A stretch of DNA of 64,000 bases from Bacillota bacterium (lineage in GTDB: Bacteria; Bacillota; Sulfobacillia; RBS10-35; JAJYVN01). A program made the translations under genes and the position numbers. Shown piece by piece: positions 42,065 to 51,107 of this stretch; position 1 is the stretch's first letter; every line of letters starts with the position of its first letter. The stretch lies in the NCBI GenBank assembly GCA_021806565.1, contig JAJZXK010000004.1, positions 11,445 through 75,444 of the forward strand, written 5' to 3'. The notes under the pieces are model-generated. The model had not been told where the DNA came from and made no database searches. It worked only from the letters and a program-made list of their open reading frames with translations.

Positions 42065-43384
42065 ATGGAACAGGGAGCGGGAGCCCGGCCCGGCCAGAAG
42101 GGGCTCCGGTCAGCTACGCCTCTGGACTGGGAGGCGTGGGCGGCCCTGGATGCGCAGATCCGCGCTGGCTGGCTGCAAGGGCGCACCGAGGCCATGGAGG
42201 CACAGATCCGCCAGGATCCCCAGGGCAACCTGTTGTTCCTGCCCCGCCCCTATATCACCCCGGGCGGTTCACCCACCGCCCCTGCTGCCGCCGAAAGCGA
42301 TGTCTTCCGCGAGATGTATAACTGGGACACATACTTCATCAACCGCGGCCTGCTGGCGCATGACCTCACAGAACCGGTGCGGGACCATATCCTGAACTAT
42401 CTCTTCATGATCGACCGCTTCGGATACATGCCCAACGGAAACCGGACCCCGCTGTCGACGCGGTCCCAGATCCCCGTCTTCCCGGACAGCATCTGGCGAT
42501 ACTTCCAAGCCACGGGCGACCGCGAGCTACTGGCGGCGGCGTATCCCCGACTGCGCCGCGAGTTCTTCGAGTACTGGCTCTCGCCACCGCACCAGACGGC
42601 GATCGGCCTGAGTACGAACATCGACCCGGCAGACCCCCTCCTGCCCCCGGAGTTGTCCGCCGAGGCGGAAGCCCTGGACTGGACACCGATCTACGGTGGC
42701 GACATCCGGCGCTGCGTACCGCTGATCACCAACTGCGCCCTCGTCTCGTACGCCGCCACGGTGGCGGACATGGCGCAGGCGTTGGGGGACGCCCCTGGAG
42801 CCGAAGCGATGCGCAAGGAGGCCGGGTCGCGCGCCAGGCGCATCCGCGACCTTCAGTGGGACGGCGCCCGCGGACTGTTTTGCGAGTATGACGCCGTGGC
42901 CGGCCAGAAGCTGCCGTACGTGTCCGACGGCGCCTTCTGGCCCCTCTGGGCCGGGGTCGCCACGGCCGAGCAGGCTGCCGAGTCGGTGCGGTCGCTGCAG
43001 GTCCTGCGCGCACCGTGGGGGATCACCGCGACCGACCGCGCCTACCCCGATCCGCACCGCCCCGGTCTGCTGGCCGAAGGCGCCCTGCAGTGGATGTATC
43101 CGGCCGGTTGGCCACCGTCGCAGTGGATCGCCTGCGAAGGGCTCGACCGCTACGGCCACCACGCGGAGGCCGAACAGGTCGCGGCTTCGTTCCTGCACCT
43201 GGTGCTGTCGGTCCACAAGCGCACCGGCCGGCTCTGGGAGAAATACAACGTCGTCGACGCCGGCCTTGAGCTTCCCAACGCCCGCTATGGCGTGATGCCC
43301 ATGCAGGGCTGGACGGCGGCCTGCGTCGCGGTTCTCGGCCGCCGCCTGCTCGCGAGCCCCGCGGCGGGCCAGGCTCCACACTGA
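42065..43384 (+). CDS. GH37 trehalase-like glycoside hydrolase
   Basis: ORF 41828..43384, starting at ATG 42065. FREMYNWDTYFINRGLL resembles trehalase signature 1 (..RF.E.Y.WD.Y). LQWMYPAGWPPSQW resembles signature 2 (QWD.P.GWAP.Q). Start uncertain. Confidence 0.7.
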   Translation: MEQGAGARPGQKGLRSATPLDWEAWAALDAQIRAGWLQGRTEAMEAQIRQDPQGNLLFLPRPYITPGGSPTAPAAAESDVFREMYNWDTYFINRGLLAHDLTEPVRDHILNYLFMIDRFGYMPNGNRTPLSTRSQIPVFPDSIWRYFQATGDRELLAAAYPRLRREFFEYWLSPPHQTAIGLSTNIDPADPLLPPELSAEAEALDWTPIYGGDIRRCVPLITNCALVSYAATVADMAQALGDAPGAEAMRKEAGSRARRIRDLQWDGARGLFCEYDAVAGQKLPYVSDGAFWPLWAGVATAEQAAESVRSLQVLRAPWGITATDRAYPDPHRPGLLAEGALQWMYPAGWPPSQWIACEGLDRYGHHAEAEQVAASFLHLVLSVHKRTGRLWEKYNVVDAGLELPNARYGVMPMQGWTAACVAVLGRRLLASPAAGQAPH

Positions 43385-43427
43385 GCCCGCCCGCCGCCTT
43401 GGGCCGCCTCCAGGCACATCCCGGCAC

Positions 43428-44915
43428 TCAGAGGCCGAGGCGTTGGGCCTGTTCGGGAGGGGCGCCGACTTCAAGCAGCCAGCGGCGCAGGCCGTCTTCC
43501 AACCGCCGCAGATCCCCCGGCCGTTCGGCGCTCAGGTCGCGCGACTCCGACGCATCCAGCAGCACGCTGTTGCACGGGCCGCGCACCCAGTCGACCGGGT
43601 AGCGGGCCAACGCCGGGGCGGACCACGGCTCCGGGGCGCCCAGCCCGCGCGGGCGCATGAACTGTGGCGGTTCCGCCCCGTACCAGTACAGCGGGGTGTT
43701 CGCCTCCGCCGGCGGCCAGCGGTGCAGCACCAGTTCCCCGTCGGTGACCTGGATGGCCTCGCCGAACTTCGCATAGCAGGCGAAGGGACGCGGCTCGCCG
43801 GGGCCGCCACGCAAAAGCGGCAGCAGGCTCTTGCCGTGGCACTGCCAGCCCTGGGGTAGCGGCACCCCCATCGCCTCAAGCACCGTCGGATAGAGGTCGA
43901 CCGTCTGGGTCAACGCGTCCAGGCGCGCCCCAGAACCCCGTGCCTCGGGATGGTAGGCGAGCAGGGGCACGTGCGCCAGGTCGCGGTAGAGGTTGCTGTC
44001 CCCATGCGAGGAGGAGGGCTTGCCGATCATACCGTGTTCCCCGAACAGGTGGCCGTGGTCCGTCGTCACGAGCAGCACGGTGTCCTCCATCCGCCCCAGC
44101 CGCTCCAGGGTGTCCACCATCCGGCCGAGCCAGGCGTCGACCAGCCCCACCTCGCCAGCGTAAAGACGCCGGATCGAAGCAAGTTCCGCCGGTGTGTAGC
44201 GGTCCGCCCGGCCGTAGATCGGCCAGGCGACCGCGGTCGGGTCGTCGGGGGCCGGCGCACCGGCGCGCTGCCGCCACTGGGCGGGCGGGTCGAACGGCTC
44301 GTGGGGATCGAAGCAGTCGACCAGCAGGAAAAAGGGGCTCGGTGCCGCGCCACCGGCGTTCTCGTCCAACCACCTGGCCGCGGCGCCCAGGGTCTGCGCC
44401 GCGAAGGTGTCCTCCTCGCGCCGCCACTCCAGGCCCTGGCGCCAGCGGGCCGTATTGCGCCAATACCGTTCCCAGCGACGGTGCAACTTGCGCTCCCGCT
44501 CCTGCGGCCAGGGCGATTCGAGCGGCGGCACCGCCCAGCGGTCGTCCTCCTGGCCGCGCAGGAACTCCCAGCCGTCAAACCCGAAGTAGTAGTTGCCCGA
44601 GCCCGGCTGGAACAGGTGGTAGTGGTCGGTGATCAGGGCCGTACGCACCCCGGCCGCCGACAGCACCGAGGGCAGGTCGCGGTCGGTGCTTTCCAACTGC
44701 CCCCAGCCCCGCCACGGGAACTCATACCGCCCGGTCCACAGGTCGCGGCGCGCCGGCATGCAGGGGTATGACCCGAGGAAGTAGCGGTCGAAGGTCACCC
44801 CCAACCGCGCCAGACGGTCGAAGGTGGGGGTGGGAAGTGGCGCCGCGGGCCCGGCGTACGGGGTGAGGTGGTCGCGGCGCAGGGTATCGATCAGGACCAG
44901 AACGACGTTCAACAC
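43428..44915 (-). CDS. sulfatase-family enzyme with canonical CxPxR (formylglycine) motif
   Basis: ORF 43428..45011. AAGGGGG SD precedes GTG 44915/TTG 44912. Motifs: VLVLIDTLRRDHL, SYPCMPARRDLWTGRY (Cys codon 44760-44762), RGQEDDRW, TTDHGHLFGEHGMIGK. Confidence 0.85.
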   Translation of the reverse strand: MLNVVLVLIDTLRRDHLTPYAGPAAPLPTPTFDRLARLGVTFDRYFLGSYPCMPARRDLWTGRYEFPWRGWGQLESTDRDLPSVLSAAGVRTALITDHYHLFQPGSGNYYFGFDGWEFLRGQEDDRWAVPPLESPWPQERERKLHRRWERYWRNTARWRQGLEWRREEDTFAAQTLGAAARWLDENAGGAAPSPFFLLVDCFDPHEPFDPPAQWRQRAGAPAPDDPTAVAWPIYGRADRYTPAELASIRRLYAGEVGLVDAWLGRMVDTLERLGRMEDTVLLVTTDHGHLFGEHGMIGKPSSSHGDSNLYRDLAHVPLLAYHPEARGSGARLDALTQTVDLYPTVLEAMGVPLPQGWQCHGKSLLPLLRGGPGEPRPFACYAKFGEAIQVTDGELVLHRWPPAEANTPLYWYGAEPPQFMRPRGLGAPEPWSAPALARYPVDWVRGPCNSVLLDASESRDLSAERPGDLRRLEDGLRRWLLEVGAPPEQAQRLGL

Positions 44916-44925
44916 CTTTCCCCCT

Positions 44926-46359
44926 TCAGACCAGGTTGCTGCCCTCCCAGCGTTCGCCAGCGGCTGCGCGCTGGCGCCGGATCTCGCGCAGACCTCCGGG
45001 TGTGGCGGCAAAACCTCGGCCCGGCCGGTGCAGGTAGTGGGCCGGCAGCGGCTCCCCGAGCAGACCCTCGAGCTGCGCGAGCTTGGCCGCCACGATCTGC
45101 GGGTGGTCGGCTGCGATGTTGTGCTCCTCTGCCGGGTCCGCCTCCAGGTCGTAGAGGCGCTTTTCCACCGACGGGTCCAGGGTGTGGACGATCAGGCTGT
45201 GGTGGCGGTCGCGCACGCAGGCCCACGCCTCCCAGCCGATGACGATGTGGTCGCGCGCCGGTTGTGCCGCGCGGCCGACCGGCCAGACGTCGCGGCCGTC
45301 CAGCGGCCGGTGGGGCACGTCCAGCAGCCCGAGCAGGGTCGGCACCAGGTCGTGGTTTTGCACGAAGCCGCCGACGTCCAGGCGGCCGCGGCGGTCCGGG
45401 TGGCGGATCATCCAGTTGATCTGCGTGTTGTACGGGTGGGGACGCGCGCCGGACTTACCGAACTGCCCCTTGTCCCAGAGTTCCGTGCCGTGGTCGGACA
45501 ACACCACCACCACGGTGTCGCGCAACGCTCCGGCCTTCGCGATCCGGTCGAAGAAGCGGCCGAACCGCTCATCGGTGAATGTGACGTAGCCCTGATACAG
45601 CGCCTTGGTCCGCGCGATGTCGGCCGGATCCGGCTCCGGGCGGTTCGCGCCGCGGTTGAGCATCTGCGGCACGATGTGGTCGGATCGGCCCTCGCCGGGA
45701 TGGTAGGCGTCGGCAAAGCGCGTGGGCGGATCCCAGAACTCGTGCGGAGTGAAGGAATCCACCCACAGGAAGTATGGGCTGTTGCCCTGGTTGCCCTCCA
45801 CCCACTCCGCCGCCGAGTCGAGGACCCTGGCCGCGAAGTAGTCCTCGTCGCGGCTGCGGTCACGGGTCTGGTAGAGGTAGGAGGCTGGGCCGATCCTGCG
45901 GCCGGCGAAGGCCGACCGCTCGCCCAGCGAGTCCGTCGCCAGGGTGCGCGTGTCCCCCTCCTGGCCACGGATGAAGTCCCAGGAGACAAAGCCCCGCGTG
46001 AAGTTCATCGACGGCTTGAACAGATGCCAGACGTCGCTCACCAGTCCGGTCGCGTATCCACGCCCGTACAGATACTCCGACAGGGTGGTTTGCGACTCGG
46101 GCACGGCGTGCCAGCCGAGCAGGTTGGGCTGGCTGCCGCGGTCGCCGATGTTGTGGCGCCAGGGGTAGCTGCGCATACCGGTATGCGCGGCGCGGCGGAA
46201 GGGGATGGTCGGCAGTCCCTCACCCCAGGCGTTGGTGAACACCACCGCATCCTCGGCGAAGCGATCGAAATTGGGCGTGCGCGCCAGATCCGCCGCCAGG
46301 GCGTCGCGCCGCAGGGTATCGAAACAAAGGACGATCAGGTTCAGTCTGGGACCGGGCAT
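44926..46359 (-). CDS. sulfatase-fold hydrolase, Thr at the nucleophile position
   Basis: ORF 44926..46509. GAAAGGAG SD lies 9 nt before ATG 46359. Motifs: LIVLCFDTLRRDAL, LPTIPFRRAAHTGMR (Thr codon 46207-46209), RGQEGDTR, LSDHGTELWDKGQFGK. The stop lies 10 nt before the next paralog's start. Confidence 0.85.
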   Translation of the reverse strand: MPGPRLNLIVLCFDTLRRDALAADLARTPNFDRFAEDAVVFTNAWGEGLPTIPFRRAAHTGMRSYPWRHNIGDRGSQPNLLGWHAVPESQTTLSEYLYGRGYATGLVSDVWHLFKPSMNFTRGFVSWDFIRGQEGDTRTLATDSLGERSAFAGRRIGPASYLYQTRDRSRDEDYFAARVLDSAAEWVEGNQGNSPYFLWVDSFTPHEFWDPPTRFADAYHPGEGRSDHIVPQMLNRGANRPEPDPADIARTKALYQGYVTFTDERFGRFFDRIAKAGALRDTVVVVLSDHGTELWDKGQFGKSGARPHPYNTQINWMIRHPDRRGRLDVGGFVQNHDLVPTLLGLLDVPHRPLDGRDVWPVGRAAQPARDHIVIGWEAWACVRDRHHSLIVHTLDPSVEKRLYDLEADPAEEHNIAADHPQIVAAKLAQLEGLLGEPLPAHYLHRPGRGFAATPGGLREIRRQRAAAGERWEGSNLV

Positions 46360-46505
46360 GCCAAGCCGCTCCTTTCGGCGGTCCACCGCCGGGCACGCAG
46401 ACGTGCTATAACACCGCGTTCGCTGCGTGGGGCCGGGTTCCTTGTCGCCGCGTCGCACCGCGCGACGGCTTGGTCGCCCTCCGGCGCCATGCGCTGCGTC
46501 CGCGG

Positions 46506-48047
46506 TCACGGGCGGCGCCGGCGTGCGGCGGGTCGGTGGGGACGCGCGCCACGACGCACCGCAGCCAATCCGTGCCGCGCCATGCGCAACCAGGCCGCTT
46601 CCGGCGGCCGGGCGCTGTAGCGGGCGAGTTCGTAGGCCCGCGTCAGTTGCGCCACATCCGGCCCGACCCCGCCCTGCTCCAGCAACCGCCGCTCGAAGGC
46701 CCGCGGACTGACGTGCGGCAGGCGTGCCCTTCCCTCAGCCGCCATCGCCCGCAGGAAGCGCCGGTAGGCCGCCCGCACCGCGCCGCGCAGGCCGACGATC
46801 TCCCAGAGGCGGGCCCGCGGGGGACCGGCCCCGGCCAGGCGTGAGCCCCGCGGCGCGTCGTCCACCCACCCGGCGTGCCGGCCGGAACGCGCCGGCCGGC
46901 GCCAGAAGGCCAACAGGGCGCGCAACACCGACCACAACCGCTCCCACAGCCGCCGGCCCACCCAGCCGGGGTAACACACGGCGAGCAGCGTCCAGGTCAG
47001 CGCCGCGAGCGCGACGATCACCGCCAGCGGCACCAGCAGCAGCGTCCAGAAGCCGCCGGACAGACCGCCCGCCACGAAAGCGTTACCGGCTACCGCCACC
47101 CCGCGGGATTCGGGGATCCCGGCCGGCAGGGGCGGCAGCCCGACCGCGTCGGCGATGCGCTGCATCCACGCGCCCCCCAGATGGAACTGGACCGATCCGG
47201 CCACACCGACCACCCACGCCATCAGGGCGGGCAGCGGCGCCCGCGCCGGAAGCGGCGGGACAAGCGCCGCCAGGGATGCCCCCAGTAGGAAGGCCAGCCC
47301 CCCGGCCCAATAGGCGCGCGCCTGGCCGGGCGCCACCGTCCGCGCGCGCCGCGACCACTCGGCGCGCAACTCGACGAGGTTCGCACCGGCCAGGAGCAGG
47401 CCGCCGCCGAAGACCGTCCCGACCAGCCCGAGCCGGGCCGGAGCAACCGGCCCGGCGGCGGCCGCAGCCAGGGCGGCGACCAGCCAGCACTCCGCCACGA
47501 GCATCCAGGCGGCCTGGCGCGGTCGCGCCACCGTCGCCGCCTCCGGTGGGGGCTCCGGTTCCCGCGGCCGCCCGCCGCCCAGCGCGGGCACGGCGTGCGA
47601 AGCCGCCAGCGCGGCGAAAACCGGCGACGACGGATGGCGGCCCGCCGCCACCACGGCCAGTTCGCCGGCGCGCTGCGCCCAACCGAGCAGACAGGCGATC
47701 AGTAGCCAGGGCGCGGCGAAATGGACGTGCAGCCCGGCCGGATCGCACACCACGGCCCCGAGTACGGCGAGCGCGATACCGATCAGCCGCCGGCCGCCCC
47801 CTGCCCCGTCCGACCCACCACCCGCCGCATCCGCGCCGGCCATGCCCCAGAGGCCGCAAAACGCACCCGCCGCCAGTAGGCGCGGCGGCGGCGGCAGCGT
47901 CCCCGGCCCGACGCCGCGCCAGGCAGCCAGCACCACCAGCAGGAGACCGGCGACGCAGCCAAGCACCCCGGCAGGCGCCCAACCGTCACCGGCGCGCCAG
48001 GGGCGCCCCCGGCGACCCGCGTGGTCAGACGAACTCGAATCCCCCAC
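46506..48047 (-). CDS. polytopic membrane protein with C-terminal DUF4129-like domain (copy 1)
   Basis: ORF 46506..48263. GGGAGGTG SD lies 7 nt before GTG 48047, overlapping the DUF58 stop by 23 nt. Many Ala/Leu/Gly-rich helices. The C-terminal AYRRFLRAM...SPRAFERRLL...VAQLTRAYELARYSARP matches the DUF4129 tail of TgpA-like proteins. No transglutaminase Cys-His-Asp core was seen. Confidence 0.7.
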   Translation of the reverse strand: MGDSSSSDHAGRRGRPWRAGDGWAPAGVLGCVAGLLLVVLAAWRGVGPGTLPPPPRLLAAGAFCGLWGMAGADAAGGGSDGAGGGRRLIGIALAVLGAVVCDPAGLHVHFAAPWLLIACLLGWAQRAGELAVVAAGRHPSSPVFAALAASHAVPALGGGRPREPEPPPEAATVARPRQAAWMLVAECWLVAALAAAAAGPVAPARLGLVGTVFGGGLLLAGANLVELRAEWSRRARTVAPGQARAYWAGGLAFLLGASLAALVPPLPARAPLPALMAWVVGVAGSVQFHLGGAWMQRIADAVGLPPLPAGIPESRGVAVAGNAFVAGGLSGGFWTLLLVPLAVIVALAALTWTLLAVCYPGWVGRRLWERLWSVLRALLAFWRRPARSGRHAGWVDDAPRGSRLAGAGPPRARLWEIVGLRGAVRAAYRRFLRAMAAEGRARLPHVSPRAFERRLLEQGGVGPDVAQLTRAYELARYSARPPEAAWLRMARHGLAAVRRGARPHRPAARRRRP

Positions 48048-49278
48048 GCCAGGACACCTCCCAGGTGCGCAACACGCCGCCTGCCACGCGCTCCAGCGGC
48101 GGCCCCTCGCGCCGCTCCAGACACAGAAGCGAGACGGAGCGCCCGCCCCGCGCCTGCCACAGGGCGGCACGGCGGCGTAACGCGGGCGGATCCCAGGGCA
48201 GGATCCATAGCACCTGCGCCCCCCAGGGCAGGCGCGGCGCCAGGCGGTCGACCAGTTGGTCAAATTCCATGCCGGCCTGGACCGTCACGCCCGCCAAGAG
48301 GGAAAGCACCCGCCGCCGGCCCTGCCACCCCGCCTGCGGCGGCAGCCAGAGTACCCGAGCCGGGGCGTCCGGCTCGGAGGCCCCCCGCACGGCGGTGCCG
48401 GCCCAGACGCCAAGCCCGACCGGCTGTTCGTTCAACCCCTCCCGCATCAGCAACGAGGCGGCCAGCGAAAGCGCCCGCTCCGGTCCGGCATCGCGGTCCG
48501 CCCAGGCCGAAGGGCACAGATCCAACAGCACGCAGAGCACCCGCTCGCGCACCGGCGGGTGCTCCCGCACCCAGAGGCCGTCGTGCCGGGCGCTCGCGCG
48601 CCAGGCGATGCGCCGCCAGGGATCGCCCTGGCGGTACGGGCGCAGGCCGGTGGGTAGATCGTCTTCGAAGGGGCTCGCACGGTCGAGCCGGGGCCCCTGG
48701 GGCAGGCGCGGCGTCCCGGACGGGAGGGACAGCGGCCAGACGCGTGGGTACACGACCAACGTGCACGTGGGCGCGACGCGGCGGGCATCCTGAGACAGCC
48801 CGAACCAGTCGCCGCCGCGCAGGTCCAGACCGCCCAAGACGTAGACGCCGCGGCGGGCCGCCAGCCAGCGGGCCTCCAGGCGCAGGCGCGCCCGCCCGGG
48901 AAGTCCGCGGGCCTCCGCCAGCCCTCCGGTCAGGCCGTCCGGCGCCCGCGCCTCGACGACCAGCCAGGCCAGCGGCCAACTGCAGGGGTTGTGCAGCTCC
49001 AGCCCCAGGGCCACGCGCTCTCCGGCAAAGACATGGGTCCGGCGCAAACGCGTCCCGACCCGCAACCGGCCGAACACGGATCCGGTCGCGGCCCGGCCGA
49101 GGCACCAGAGCCCCAAGGCGGCCAGCAGCCACGGCCCCGCGGCGCGCGGGTCCAACGCCGCCGCCATCCCCGCCAGGATGGCGATCAACGCGCGGTGGTC
49201 CAGGCGCCACCGGCCGCGTAGCGACAACTGCCCGGCCCGTTCCGCCTGCCGCAGTCCGCCCATTGGTCCGCTGCTCAT
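48025..49278 (-). CDS. DUF58-family (vWA-like) protein (copy 1)
   Basis: ORF 48025..49488, starting at ATG 49278. N-terminal TM hairpin, then GDWFGL...VVYP...SPFEDDLPTGLRPYRQGDPWRRIAWRASARHDGLWVREHPPVRERVLCVLLD. This fits the DUF58 signature (ReY..GD..r.I.W.asAr...l.vre). Confidence 0.8.
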   Translation of the reverse strand: MSSGPMGGLRQAERAGQLSLRGRWRLDHRALIAILAGMAAALDPRAAGPWLLAALGLWCLGRAATGSVFGRLRVGTRLRRTHVFAGERVALGLELHNPCSWPLAWLVVEARAPDGLTGGLAEARGLPGRARLRLEARWLAARRGVYVLGGLDLRGGDWFGLSQDARRVAPTCTLVVYPRVWPLSLPSGTPRLPQGPRLDRASPFEDDLPTGLRPYRQGDPWRRIAWRASARHDGLWVREHPPVRERVLCVLLDLCPSAWADRDAGPERALSLAASLLMREGLNEQPVGLGVWAGTAVRGASEPDAPARVLWLPPQAGWQGRRRVLSLLAGVTVQAGMEFDQLVDRLAPRLPWGAQVLWILPWDPPALRRRAALWQARGGRSVSLLCLERREGPPLERVAGGVLRTWEVSWRGGFEFV

Positions 49279-49667
49279 CACCCATACATCCCCGTGGCCA
49301 CCGCGAAGGACTGGGCACCCCCATTTCACCCTGCCCAGTCCCGCCGCCTCCTGGAGCGAACGCTCTGCTCCCAAGAAAACCGCCCGCGCGGCGAGCGAGG
49401 GGATGGCACGGGGGTGGGGACCGCCGTGCCCGCCGGCCACGCCGCGGCGCGCCGGTTCAGGCCGGGTGCGCACGGCACCGCCTGGCACGGGCGCATGCGG
49501 CTGCGCCCGCAGGGACCGCCGTGATCAGGTCCGGTCGGCCCCCCGACCGCACCATCCCGGTCCATCCGGACCATCACGGCAGGACCGCCCAGCCCCGAGA
49601 GGACGGCCCGTCAGAACGCAGTGTGCGGCGGAGCCCGGGGCTACCCTGATCACCGAGGTGAGCCTCG

Positions 49668-50315
49668 ATGACGGAGCAGCAGGGTTCGAGCGGGAAGCGT
49701 GGGTCGGTCAGCCGGTCACTGATGGCGGGTGTTGCTACCGGCCTCGGCCTGGCGGTGGCCGCATCGGCTGTGGCGGCGACCGTCGTATACGCCGCGGGCG
49801 GACCGCTGACCGTCAAGCCCGCACCGGCCAAGGCGGCCGCCCAGTCCGGGGCGCCGACCACCACGCATCTGTACCTGACGATCGAGAGCGGCCGCATGCT
49901 CGGCAAGCCCGGCTGGCCGCAGTACGTGCCGGCCAACTTCACGGTACCGGCCCACTCCAAGGTGATCGTGACCATCCGTAACTTCGACGGCGGCGCGGCC
50001 ACCATCCCCGCTCCGTATCTGAAGGTCCAGGGTACGTCCAGCGGCAGCGAGCAGGTCCTCTCGGCCAAGCCGGGCGCCAAGCCGCAGACGGTGACCCAGT
50101 TACCGGCCGGCGGCGCCTCGCACACCCTGACCGTCGGCCAGTTGCACCTGAACGTGCCGGTGCCCCCGGCCAGCACGGTCACCTTCAGCTTCCACACCGG
50201 GGCGCCTGGCACGTATGCCTGGCAATGCTTCGCCCCGTGCGGCACCGGCAAGACGGGCTGGAGCGGGCCCATGTCCGACAACGGCTTCATGCGTGGGACC
50301 ATGACGGTCGCCTGA
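49668..50315 (+). CDS. membrane-anchored cupredoxin-like protein
   Basis: GAGGTG SD lies 7 nt before ATG 49668. N-terminal TM anchor (LMAGVATGLGLAVAASAVAATVV). Beta-rich domain ending HTLTV...GTYAWQCFAPCGTGKTGWSGPMSDNGFMRGTMTV, which has a cupredoxin/CuA-like C-x3-C-G...M arrangement. Confidence 0.55.
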   Translation: MTEQQGSSGKRGSVSRSLMAGVATGLGLAVAASAVAATVVYAAGGPLTVKPAPAKAAAQSGAPTTTHLYLTIESGRMLGKPGWPQYVPANFTVPAHSKVIVTIRNFDGGAATIPAPYLKVQGTSSGSEQVLSAKPGAKPQTVTQLPAGGASHTLTVGQLHLNVPVPPASTVTFSFHTGAPGTYAWQCFAPCGTGKTGWSGPMSDNGFMRGTMTVA

Positions 50316-50334
50316 TCCCCGGTCACACGTGACG

Positions 50335-50376
50335 GCGCGGGGGCGGCCCCTCCGGATGGAGGGACCGCCCCCGCGC
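50335..50376 (+). terminator. 19-bp GC-rich hairpin (one mismatch, GGAT loop) after the cupredoxin gene
   Basis: GCGCGGGGGCGGCCCCTCC-GGAT-GGAGGGACCGCCCCCGCGC. There is no U-tract, so the function (terminator, processing or stability element) is uncertain. Confidence 0.4.
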
Positions 50377-50474
50377 GATGTCCAAGCCCCGCCTCCGCAC
50401 CCCCCCGCCGGGGCCCATCTGGATCGCCGTGCTACACTCTGGCGCACGATCGGACCTCTCCTGGGGGTGGCGCC

Positions 50475-51092
50475 GTGCAAGAAACCGCCGACGGTTGCCA
50501 CTCGCGCCGCACCCTCGCCGGACCCGGAAGTGGCCGGTACGTCGAACGCCGCTCGCAGTTTTTCGCCTACGCCACCCCGATCGCCGCCGCACCCGAGCTT
50601 GCCGCCTGGCTCGCCGGGCTGCGCCGCACCCACCACGACGCCCGCCACCTGCCGCACGCCTGGGTCGCGGCCGACGGCGCCGAACGCCACAGCGACGACG
50701 GCGAGCCGGCGGGCACGGGAGGACGGCCCTGCCAGGCGGCCCTGGCCGCAGGCGGATTGCGCGCCGCGGCCGTGGCGGTGGCGCGGCTCTACGGCGGGGT
50801 GCCTCTGGGAGCGGCCAACCTCGGCCGCGCCTACGGCCAAGCCGCCAAGTCGGCGGTCTCCGCCGCGGGCGTCCTGGAACAGCGCCGCTTCCGCCGGCTC
50901 CACCTGCGCCTGCCATACCCGCTTGTGCCGCTGGCCGAACGCTGGCTGCCCACCGTAGCGGCAGCAGACATCCGCCGCACGTTCGGGGCCGAAGCCGGAA
51001 TCACCGCCTGGATCCCCGAAGGAGCCTTGGACGACCTGCCCCCGGCCCTCCGGCCGGGCCACCGGGTGGACGAGGCCGTGGATTGGCGCTGA
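50475..51092 (+). CDS. YigZ/IMPACT-family protein
   Basis: GGGGGTGG SD precedes GTG 50475. RRSQFFAYATPI...HDARHLPHAWV...DDGEPAGTGGRP...VAVARLYGGVPLGAANLGRAYG fits the UPF0029/IMPACT signature (DDGEP.GTAG.P, RYFGG.KLG.GGL.RAY). Confidence 0.8.
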   Translation: MQETADGCHSRRTLAGPGSGRYVERRSQFFAYATPIAAAPELAAWLAGLRRTHHDARHLPHAWVAADGAERHSDDGEPAGTGGRPCQAALAAGGLRAAAVAVARLYGGVPLGAANLGRAYGQAAKSAVSAAGVLEQRRFRRLHLRLPYPLVPLAERWLPTVAAADIRRTFGAEAGITAWIPEGALDDLPPALRPGHRVDEAVDWR

Positions 51093-51107
51093 ACTGAGCC
51101 GATCTAC

